Assembly: GCA_029907315.1 (NCBI GenBank)
Contig: JARYME010000004.1
Coordinates: forward strand, 1 to 60,315
DNA: 60,315 nt
Direction: 5' to 3'
Source: Armatimonadota bacterium
GTDB lineage: Bacteria; Armatimonadota; UBA5829
Shown here piece after piece: positions 19,611 to 28,226 of the stretch. Within the stretch, counting starts at the first letter, position 1; every line of letters begins with the position of its first letter. A program made the position numbers and the translations under genes. Under the pieces are notes generated by a model that saw only the letters and a program-made list of their open reading frames with translations, was not told where the DNA came from and did not search any database.

Positions 19611-21458
19611 CTACTTTCCGCCTATCTCAACCAGCGTGACGCAGTTATTTGGTATTCCGAACTCGAACACGAGGCAGCCCTGCGTCACAGTCGGTTTCGC
19701 CGGCAGCCATTCTAGTGCGCATCGAGATTCGTCGTTCCAAAGGTTCGAATGTTCCGCGTCTACTACGTAGCGCCTACAGACCGGTTCACTCTCGGTAAGC
19801 TGCACTCCTCGAACGACCAGCTTAATCTTTCTTGGGCATCCGAAGCGCTCGCCAAAGTTGATAACCAGCACGGTCACACGGCCAGTGTCGGGATCAATAG
19901 ATGCCACCGAGGCCAGTTGGTCATCCTCACCCTTGCATTCTATCCTTTCCGCCGCCATTATGACATTGAACATACGACAGACGTTGGCAACCGGTTTGGG
20001 TTTACCGTTACCAGCAAACATACCCCAATCGCCACACGGAGGCCAACAACCGTCTTTGGCATAAAACCAGCATGGTTTGTCCACACCTGCTGACATCCAT
20101 CCCCTCAACATCGACGCGGCGGCCCAAGCAGCACCAACCTCGTTGTCGTGGGCTCTGTCATGCCACCAAGCATAACTCCATTCGGTAACCGCGAGCTCCT
20201 TAACCTGAGCCTTGACCCTAGGATAGTCGTTGAGATACTCCCGTATTTGCTCCGCTTCTTTCTTCATTATCCAGTGGGGTTGGAAGTACTCGTGCCAAGT
20301 GATGAAATCCAAAGGCGCCCCGGTCTTCTCACAGTGTTCCATCAAGCCGCGCATGAATTTTTCCCCGTTTACGCCCGGACCCCTGGGATCGTTCTCGTTC
20401 CAGGGTCCGGAGGCGATCGCAGGTCCGCCGATCCAAGCTTCCGGATCCGCCCTACGGACAGCTTTCCAGCAAGTATCGTAGAGTTTAAGGTATGTCTTTA
20501 AGTGGTCCCACCCAGGTGGATCACGCATCCAACCAGTATTGATTTCGTTCCAGACCTCCCAGTACTTTACACGCGTGCCTCGTTCCATCGCGTGTTTGGC
20601 AGCCTGATATACGAGCTCCCCAAACTCATCCCAGTCGCGCGGATAGGAGTGCCTTTCTGGATCCGGAACGGCGTCTAACGGCTCAGGCATATAGGAAATA
20701 CAGAATATGAGCTCGCAGCCGACCTTCTTCATGAAATCGAGGCGCCTGTCGAGGTCAGTCCAGTCGTATCGAAGTGTGCCATCCTCATTCTTCTTGAGAG
20801 CGTTTGTAAGCAAGTTGTCCATGCGGAACCATTTGATCCCGAGATCGCGAAACAGCGCTGCGAACTCGTCGCTGTAATCCCCAAGCCCGCCGCCCTGCGA
20901 CATACCAGCAAACGAGCGGGGCAGCTTGCCGAGACGAACCGAAGTGTCGACGGATATCTGAAACGGCTCTCTAATGAGTTTTCTGTCTATTATTATCAGG
21001 TCGCATTCCCCAAGCTCCGCCTCATGCTCCGCATCATCGGCACCCATGAAAACCCTGATTGCCACAGGCACTACCAGTCCCGGCTGAGCATTTTCCGTCA
21101 GAACTATGAGCGGTGGGTGGTCGTTATCATAGCGGACGCAAATCTTCCCGTCGACAAAACACTCCCCTCCGTCACCAGCGTTCCACTTGATGCCCACAGC
21201 CTCACCTGCAGTCGGCTGCCCGTCAATTTGCTCGGGAATCGAAACCTTGGCGCGAAACCAGGCAAACTTGCTGCATTTCCATTTGTGTCGGAAACCCACC
21301 TCAGACCACGAGGAGTCATCGAAGTCCGGTCGCGCAAACTCGAGGCTGTCTTGGGTTGTAAACCGCCACATAATCGAGTGGCCCGGGTTTGTCGTGTCGG
21401 CAAGGCATAGTACGCTCCAAACCGCAAGCAGAACACAAAACGCAACTATTGTTCGCAT
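19611..21458 (-). CDS. Secreted glycoside hydrolase, clan GH-A (GH39-like) with an N-terminal beta-sandwich domain
   Basis: YWEVWNEIN catalytic-acid motif. Signal peptide MRTIVAFCVLLAVWSVLCLA. I chose the ATG at 21458 (GGAGGGG RBS) over the track start at 21533. Confidence 0.7.
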   Translation of the reverse strand: MRTIVAFCVLLAVWSVLCLADTTNPGHSIMWRFTTQDSLEFARPDFDDSSWSEVGFRHKWKCSKFAWFRAKVSIPEQIDGQPTAGEAVGIKWNAGDGGECFVDGKICVRYDNDHPPLIVLTENAQPGLVVPVAIRVFMGADDAEHEAELGECDLIIIDRKLIREPFQISVDTSVRLGKLPRSFAGMSQGGGLGDYSDEFAALFRDLGIKWFRMDNLLTNALKKNEDGTLRYDWTDLDRRLDFMKKVGCELIFCISYMPEPLDAVPDPERHSYPRDWDEFGELVYQAAKHAMERGTRVKYWEVWNEINTGWMRDPPGWDHLKTYLKLYDTCWKAVRRADPEAWIGGPAIASGPWNENDPRGPGVNGEKFMRGLMEHCEKTGAPLDFITWHEYFQPHWIMKKEAEQIREYLNDYPRVKAQVKELAVTEWSYAWWHDRAHDNEVGAAWAAASMLRGWMSAGVDKPCWFYAKDGCWPPCGDWGMFAGNGKPKPVANVCRMFNVIMAAERIECKGEDDQLASVASIDPDTGRVTVLVINFGERFGCPRKIKLVVRGVQLTESEPVCRRYVVDAEHSNLWNDESRCALEWLPAKPTVTQGCLVFEFGIPNNCVTLVEIGGK

Positions 21459-21633
21459 TTTCACCCCTCCAAACCTATCCCATCGCCTCACGGGCCGACA
21501 CCACCCCACATCAGTGCATACCCCTCGCCGCAACCCCGACTATCTCACAGCGAACACGCTCACATAAGACGCACAACGTGCTCTGCTGCCAGGAAGCAGC
21601 TTTAGATTCAATAGGCTCCAAACAACCACAATA

Positions 21634-22512
21634 TCAGGCTTTAATCTCGGCAAGGATTTCCCTGAGGTAATCCGCGTCATCTCGTAGAATGGCTTTTTGT
21701 TTTTTCAGATCATATCGCCCTAGCGACTCGTTTTCGATGCACAGATCTCCCTTGTAACCAGCATCAGCAAGGGTCTTGACGACCCACTTCATGTCGATGT
21801 CGCCTTCACGAAGCGAAGATGCATAGGTGCCGTACTCCCAACCGACTTCACGCTGAATCTCGCGTTTTTCGGGAGGGAAGTTTATGTTCTTCATATGGGT
21901 GTGCTTGACACGCGGAGCAAAATGCTTGATTATTTCGTGCACCTTTGAGAGCGGATGACCAAACCAATAGAAATTGGCGGTATCTATCGTCACACCCACA
22001 CGCGGTGAATTGACCCTGTTTAGGACCTTGTCCAGAAAGTCTGGGTCATTGCCCAAGGTGCCGTGATTCTCGATACCCATGTGAACATCAAGGCTGCTCG
22101 TTGCATCAAGGATACGCGCCATACATTCCGCGAAGTATTGGGTGCGACGGTCGAGATCCCAATCTCTGTTGTCATGCATTATGGCGTCGATTCGGACAGC
22201 CCTTATTCCGAGCTTGCCCGCGGTGCGGACAGCTGAGATCACGTAATCGAGCTCCGACTCGATGTCTTCGGCGCCGAAATTGTTTGACAAGAGAAAAGCG
22301 CACGGCTTGATCTTGAGACCTTTGCATTTATAGGCAAAGGCTTCCACTGCAGCATCTGTCGCTAGAGACTCGCTGCCCGAACCGTCAAGTGAATGGACAG
22401 TTTTGTCCTTGTTGTAGACCAACTCTACGGCCTCAAGACCCATAGCATCCAATCCGGCTTTGATAGAGCCGAAAACTCCCGGCAGATGACAGTCTCGAAC
22501 TGATACGTACAT
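21634..22512 (-). CDS. Sugar phosphate isomerase/epimerase (xylose isomerase-like TIM barrel)
   Basis: AP-endonuclease-2/xylose-isomerase-like pattern (IENHG, DTANF, HMKN). The start at 22512 is preceded by GAGGAG. Confidence 0.75.
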   Translation of the reverse strand: MYVSVRDCHLPGVFGSIKAGLDAMGLEAVELVYNKDKTVHSLDGSGSESLATDAAVEAFAYKCKGLKIKPCAFLLSNNFGAEDIESELDYVISAVRTAGKLGIRAVRIDAIMHDNRDWDLDRRTQYFAECMARILDATSSLDVHMGIENHGTLGNDPDFLDKVLNRVNSPRVGVTIDTANFYWFGHPLSKVHEIIKHFAPRVKHTHMKNINFPPEKREIQREVGWEYGTYASSLREGDIDMKWVVKTLADAGYKGDLCIENESLGRYDLKKQKAILRDDADYLREILAEIKA

Positions 22513-22635
22513 TAGCACACTCCTCAAACTTAGCTTAGGTGTCTGGCAAGCCAACAGGCGTGCCGAAGTAATCGACCGGTTCCCACTTACACGAAAGCCC
22601 TAACCGAACCTTCACGATGAGAACAGAAAGGACTA

Positions 22636-23475
22636 TCACCTTTTGGCAGCCCGAACAACGCGGTGGAAGGCAGGGTAAAAGTCCTCTGACACGACCTGGG
22701 TTCTCGAGCGACTATCGAAAACGAACTCGCGGTATGTTACCACGTGAAATCCTGCACGACCCTGAACCGCTGCTCCGCTTCCGCCGAAGCTGTACAAAGC
22801 AGCACCCTGTACAACAACGCTGGGCGCCACAACAGACCTGACCTCGGTTCTTATTCGCACCGAGTATGGCGGGCGGCACCGAGAAAGAACAGAGAATACC
22901 AACTTTTCGCATTCTATCCTGCCAACTATTCTCACAGGCGCCGGTAGATTGTTGCGAAATCTCAAGTCTGCATCCGGATAGGCGACTGCTGCATCGCGTC
23001 CGAGTGGAGCATATCTTGCAGGCCAGTGGTGTCGGTGCCTTTCAAGGATTTCCAAGCCGGCGAGCAGCGCAGCGTTGTAGAGTGTTGAGGACGCCTGGCA
23101 GACTCCACCACCCAAGTCCCGGATAAGTTCCCCATTGTAACTGACAGGGGCTTCTACGTAACCGCGCTCGATGGTCCACGGTCCCACGACTTTGTGGAAA
23201 GAAAAAATTCCGCCAGGAGGCACAATCGTATTGTTGATCGCTTTGACTGCCAAACAGGCGTTGTGTACCTGCGACTGCTTTCTGTTTCGCAGTGAAGTTG
23301 CGTACGAGCCTATCTCGTGCTCCGGAGGCGCGCTGACAAAGCACACAGCTGTCGAGAACCCTGCAATGAGCAAGAAACCCACAGCAAAATGCGCAACGGG
23401 TTTGCTTTTGCGAACATTCTTCGCATTACGCTGAAGGGCTTGGCCTGAGAAAAGGCGGTTCGAATCGCGGCTCAT
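22636..23475 (-). CDS. VanW-domain protein with an N-terminal TM anchor
   Basis: GGGVCQASSTLYNAALLAGL is the hallmark VanW motif. Has an N-terminal hydrophobic helix. Its ATG overlaps the A2M stop (ATGA at 23472-23475). Confidence 0.8.
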   Translation of the reverse strand: MSRDSNRLFSGQALQRNAKNVRKSKPVAHFAVGFLLIAGFSTAVCFVSAPPEHEIGSYATSLRNRKQSQVHNACLAVKAINNTIVPPGGIFSFHKVVGPWTIERGYVEAPVSYNGELIRDLGGGVCQASSTLYNAALLAGLEILERHRHHWPARYAPLGRDAAVAYPDADLRFRNNLPAPVRIVGRIECEKLVFSVLSRCRPPYSVRIRTEVRSVVAPSVVVQGAALYSFGGSGAAVQGRAGFHVVTYREFVFDSRSRTQVVSEDFYPAFHRVVRAAKR

Positions 23476-26400
23476 CTTACAACGAACCTCGCATCTCCTG
23501 TAGCGCAGTGAATGAAGGGCTCATACATAGCGAACACCTGAGCAGGCAAAGCGCAGTATTCACCCGGTACTACCGCACGCATTCGATATTCCAAAATCTT
23601 CTTACCAGCGGGCAGGCTTTCGACATAGAAAGATATCTTGTTGTCTTTCACGTCTTTCCCGACGTACCATTCCGTCCACTCGTAATATTCGATCTGTCCT
23701 CGATCTGCGATTTCGCACCCAGCTGGCACAAAGTCTTCCACAAGCAAATGACGACGTCTGCTTGATGAGCATATCGTGAGTCTCACCAGGATGACGTCAC
23801 CAGAAGAACACGAGTTGACGGGTTTTCCAAGCACATCTCGGTTGACTTCCATGCTTAGAGATCGGTCCAATTTGTAGTATTCGCGACTTACCGAAAGACC
23901 CGAGCCGTAAAGACGAACCCGCGTGCGGTCTTTGAAAATCCACTGCACAAGCTCTGATGTGTAGTAGAGATTGCCGCGACCGTTTTTTGTGATCTCTATC
24001 CGGTTCGGACCCTTGCGCAAATGTCGGGCGTCCAGCGTCAACACCTTGTCCGGCTCGAAGATCGACCCAGGAGCAAAAACAACCGATTTGTAGGGCTTCC
24101 CGTTTACTCTAACCTCTGCTCGGAAGTGTGGTGCAAGCTCCTTGGTGAGCCTTAGGAACTCCGCCATTGCACAAAGCGTTATAGCGGTGTCCCTGGTCGA
24201 ATACCAATAAGCACCGCGGCGCTTGTCCACCAACCAAGCAGCAATCTTATATGCACGCGGGTCCTGCGAGCGGACTCGAAGCAATGCTTGAAGCGCAAGA
24301 GCTGTCGTCTCGACATCGTCCCCCGCGTATGACTCCCCGTCCCGCCAGTAGATGAATGGAGGTTCAACTACAGCCAGCGTGAAGAGCCTGTCCAGCACGG
24401 CGTCGGCCTGAGCCCGCTTGCCAAGTGCACTGTACGCGAGGCACGTGTATGCCAGTGTCCGAGCATCCTTTGCATAGGTCAGCAGATCGAGAGTCTCGGT
24501 GACATTCCTTCCAGCCAAGGCAAGCACGTAGCAGGCAAATGCCTCGAGTTCGGTTTTCAGGTTTTCGCGCCCCAGAGAATCGGCAAGCCAGTCCAACCCG
24601 CGGCTGAGGACGGAATCATTGAGCGAAAACCCCGCCTTCCGCGCCTGGATTAGCCCATAGCACACATAGGCAGTCATCCACGGGTCGGACTTTCCGTATT
24701 CACACCACCCCCATCCACCGTCAGCCATCTGCATCTTGTACAACCTCAGCAGGCCGGTGCGGACCATATCGGGAAGTTTGTTTTTGAGTTCTGGATTCCT
24801 CAGAACGAGACTGTCCAGCGCGCGGTAAAGGACAACATCGGGCAGGAACGAGCTAACGGTCTGTTCCGTGCAGCCGTAAGGGTACCGCGCGAGATAGTCC
24901 AGCGCGCCGAGAAGGGTGCACGCGAGTGTCGGCGCCAGGCGGATTCTCAGGCGCAAGAGTTCTTTTATCGCGTCCTGCCGTACGTAGACTGTAAACACCT
25001 CACTTCCGCGCATTGAACCCAGGGCGCCTGCCCGCGTCGCACGGCGTTCCTCACCGTGGGCATACACTGGAAGCGCAAGCTGGACGGCATCACCGTTTCT
25101 GCTTCCGCGAGCAGAGGCTGTCAACACAGCGATACCCGGTCTCGAAGCAGTTGCCACCCAGTCGATCCGCCTATATCCTCCGGCAGGCACCTTGCCCTGC
25201 CACGAACACCTACCCTTCACTTTTAGACGACCAGCCCTAAGCGACACTTTGACAGTGTCTTGTGAGCCGGTGTAGTTGTGAACCACGGCAGTTATGAGGG
25301 CCCTGTCACCCTGAACCAAGAACCGCGGCGTCTGCAGGCGAACGAGCATTTCCTGACTAGCTGTGACAGAGGTTACAACTTGGCCGCATCTGGTGTCAGG
25401 CGTAATTGCTCGAACTGTGGCTCTCCACTTACCAAGATTGTCCGGTAGAACGAAGCTGACAACAGCTTTTCCGTCAGCACCCGTCCTAATGTCGGCTTGC
25501 CAAAACGCGGTGTCCAGAAAGCGCTTGCGGACAATCGGCGGTTTGGGAGCCCTGCGCTCAGCTACCAGGTCTCCAGTCTTGTCCGGACCGCTGAAATACA
25601 CTTCCGGGAACGAGAACTGCGTCTCGACCTCATTGGGCCTCTTAGAGTAGAAGAAATCGAGAATTGGAATAGTATCGTCTTTTCGAATCGCGTAGACTGC
25701 CTCGTCGACAACACCGATAGACAGCTGAGAATCCACAGGTCTGCCAGACAGGTCTCGAGTGAATATGGTGTAAGTTGCTCTCTCGCGCGGATGGTAGCGT
25801 ACCTTATCGGGTCTGACTGTGACATATATGGTTTGTGGATCCAGATTGACCTTTACGCGCACTTGCTGGTTTACAAATCTTTTGTTCCGAACAAAACAGA
25901 CCCCTATGTAGAAATTAGGCTTGTACTCCTCTCGAACCGGAAGTTCGAACAAGGTTGTCTTTCCCTTACACTGTACGACGAAGTAATCGTAAACCTTCTC
26001 ACCCTCGACCGTAACAAGTGCCACAGCGCCGGGATGAGCAGAACTGATGGCCACCTTAGCTATTTCGCCGACGGTGTAGCTTTTCTTGTCCGTTACAATG
26101 GTCAGCTCGCCATAACGGGCACCAGGAATTTGCTCGTAGGCACCGCCGAAGCACCAAACCCAAGCTGACGCAGTAATCAAGTTGCCCTCATCGTCTCGTG
26201 CTGATACGAGTATTCGCAGGTCGCCTTCGTCTTTCGGTGTGAAGGTTACAGAAGCTTGACCTGTCTTGTCGGTGGTGACCATTCGTTCTAGCCACTTGTT
26301 AAAGCGCACTGAGCCCTTATCGTAAACCTGCCGTCCGATGACGACTTTGAGATCTCTGCCAGCTGCTGGACGGCCTTCGTACTCTTTCGCCTGCAACGCC

Positions 26401-28226
26401 GCCACTACGCGACTACCAGGCTTGACGACATACCGATCGGGTTGGACAAACAGCGCAAATTCTCCGCGGGTCACAAGCACGCTTGCCGACGCCGTCTGCT
26501 CACGTCGGCTCGGATCCTGTACGTAGACTTCCACGACGAATTGCTGATCGGTGTCCCAGTCATAATCGTCTTGAGGTCTGGGCCAGTCAGCTCGGAACGT
26601 GATCTCAGCTGTGCCGTCGCGGTCGGTGCGCAGCGTTCCCCTTTGAACAGGCTCTCCGTAGCCCGCGTAACCCTCAGAGTCTGCCTCAAAGTAGTCGAAA
26701 TCGTAATCACTCTCCCCGCCGAACCAGTAGTCGGTGCGCGTGATGTAGTAAGTGACCTTGGCATTTGCCACCGGACCTCCGAAATAGTACTCGGCCTTGA
26801 TCTTCGCCGTTACAAAATCTCCGCGAGTGTAGCGCTTCTCCGGGAAAGAGACGTTCACGGAGAACTCCGGCTTTATGTAGCTCGAGACCGCGAACGTGCT
26901 TATGTGCTCACCGCCTTCCTTACCAACAACCGTAACAAGAGTATACGTCCCGGACATCGTCTCCGGATTAAGGGTAAAATCTCCGTGATAGCAGCCGAAT
27001 TCGTCAGTCGTGTAGTTCGCTCGGTAAAGCAGCGTATCGTTAGGGTCGCGAACACTTACCGTGACGTCCTTGCCCGTTGGCGTTGAGTATCCGCTACCTG
27101 TGGTTTTTCTTACTATGCCCCTGAAATAGACCTTATGGCCAGGTCTGTAGACAGGCCGGTCGGTGTAGGAATACACCAAATAATCTTGCTCGCCGGCTTG
27201 GGAGAACACATAAGTCGATACAATTGCGAACTCATCGCGGTATCTAGCAACAAGTTTCCTTTCACCGTAGCCGCCACGACCGCCGCGCTCCTCCAAATGC
27301 ACCAACCCATCGGCGTCAGTAACCCCCGAAGCAGTTGATTCGCTGTCGCTGTATAAATCCACGCGCGCACCGTTGATAGCAGCACCCGTTTTCAAGTTAA
27401 CGACCATCGCCAACACTTTTGACCCGGAGGTCTTCGCTATAAGCCCCAGAGACGTCACCATAAGCCAATCGTTTCGCCTGACGCCATCCGCCTCAACTGA
27501 AAGCAAATAAAAGCCCGCCGGAAGTTGCGGTAAACGAATACGGCGAGTAAACGAACCGTCGGGACGTCGGCGGGTGATGACTGCCGATGTAGATGCTTCC
27601 AGTCGGAGCAGCGAGCTTTCCATAAGCCTTCTCGGTCGATACATCGAACCAAGGAAAGGCCTACGCGGAAGCTCCCCATAGCTGCTGAGTAGAAAACCCA
27701 GATTCGCCCCATACACAGCAATGAAGCGGTCCAGCTCGACTCTGTAGAAGTGCAGTTGTAGTGCGTTGGATTCGATGTAGCCCTCGCAAACAACCTCTCC
27801 GCGCTCGTCAGGAGTAAAGATGTGCTGCGCGGTGTAAATGCTGAAGTTGGGTTGGCCAACAGGCACTTCTATTGAAGCAGCGGTGACCTCGCCCTCTTCT
27901 ATCCTGACCTTTGTCCGCACGGACTGGCGCCACGGCGCGCCGACATGCAGCACATATTCCCCGGCGGGCACGCGTTCGAAACGGAAGCGGCCGTCGCGCG
28001 TATCAGTGTAGTAAGATCCCTCTTCCTCTTGCTCTCGCCTAGTATCCGCAACTGGATATATCCTCACCCAGGCAGGAATGAGATTTCCTGATTCTTCTGC
28101 TATCACAGTTCCTTCCAGGCTGCCGACCGGCACCTGGCGCATGATTGCTGCGCCGAAAAGCCCCAATGCAAAAAGTCCAGCGGCCAGGCACGCAGCGCTA
28201 TTACCAATAACCCTAGGAATTCGCAT
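23472..28226 (-). CDS. Alpha-2-macroglobulin family protein with an intact thioester motif
   Basis: YPYGCTEQTVSSFLP, with CTEQ encoded at 24861-24872. About 1584 aa from the ATG at 28226 (RBS AAGGAGGG). N-terminal TM/signal helix, then a carboxypeptidase-regulatory-like segment (GTVIAEESG...RFRFERVPAGEYVL). Long beta-rich MG-type body. Confidence 0.85.
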   Translation of the reverse strand: MRIPRVIGNSAACLAAGLFALGLFGAAIMRQVPVGSLEGTVIAEESGNLIPAWVRIYPVADTRREQEEEGSYYTDTRDGRFRFERVPAGEYVLHVGAPWRQSVRTKVRIEEGEVTAASIEVPVGQPNFSIYTAQHIFTPDERGEVVCEGYIESNALQLHFYRVELDRFIAVYGANLGFLLSSYGELPRRPFLGSMYRPRRLMESSLLRLEASTSAVITRRRPDGSFTRRIRLPQLPAGFYLLSVEADGVRRNDWLMVTSLGLIAKTSGSKVLAMVVNLKTGAAINGARVDLYSDSESTASGVTDADGLVHLEERGGRGGYGERKLVARYRDEFAIVSTYVFSQAGEQDYLVYSYTDRPVYRPGHKVYFRGIVRKTTGSGYSTPTGKDVTVSVRDPNDTLLYRANYTTDEFGCYHGDFTLNPETMSGTYTLVTVVGKEGGEHISTFAVSSYIKPEFSVNVSFPEKRYTRGDFVTAKIKAEYYFGGPVANAKVTYYITRTDYWFGGESDYDFDYFEADSEGYAGYGEPVQRGTLRTDRDGTAEITFRADWPRPQDDYDWDTDQQFVVEVYVQDPSRREQTASASVLVTRGEFALFVQPDRYVVKPGSRVVAALQAKEYEGRPAAGRDLKVVIGRQVYDKGSVRFNKWLERMVTTDKTGQASVTFTPKDEGDLRILVSARDDEGNLITASAWVWCFGGAYEQIPGARYGELTIVTDKKSYTVGEIAKVAISSAHPGAVALVTVEGEKVYDYFVVQCKGKTTLFELPVREEYKPNFYIGVCFVRNKRFVNQQVRVKVNLDPQTIYVTVRPDKVRYHPRERATYTIFTRDLSGRPVDSQLSIGVVDEAVYAIRKDDTIPILDFFYSKRPNEVETQFSFPEVYFSGPDKTGDLVAERRAPKPPIVRKRFLDTAFWQADIRTGADGKAVVSFVLPDNLGKWRATVRAITPDTRCGQVVTSVTASQEMLVRLQTPRFLVQGDRALITAVVHNYTGSQDTVKVSLRAGRLKVKGRCSWQGKVPAGGYRRIDWVATASRPGIAVLTASARGSRNGDAVQLALPVYAHGEERRATRAGALGSMRGSEVFTVYVRQDAIKELLRLRIRLAPTLACTLLGALDYLARYPYGCTEQTVSSFLPDVVLYRALDSLVLRNPELKNKLPDMVRTGLLRLYKMQMADGGWGWCEYGKSDPWMTAYVCYGLIQARKAGFSLNDSVLSRGLDWLADSLGRENLKTELEAFACYVLALAGRNVTETLDLLTYAKDARTLAYTCLAYSALGKRAQADAVLDRLFTLAVVEPPFIYWRDGESYAGDDVETTALALQALLRVRSQDPRAYKIAAWLVDKRRGAYWYSTRDTAITLCAMAEFLRLTKELAPHFRAEVRVNGKPYKSVVFAPGSIFEPDKVLTLDARHLRKGPNRIEITKNGRGNLYYTSELVQWIFKDRTRVRLYGSGLSVSREYYKLDRSLSMEVNRDVLGKPVNSCSSGDVILVRLTICSSSRRRHLLVEDFVPAGCEIADRGQIEYYEWTEWYVGKDVKDNKISFYVESLPAGKKILEYRMRAVVPGEYCALPAQVFAMYEPFIHCATGDARFVVR

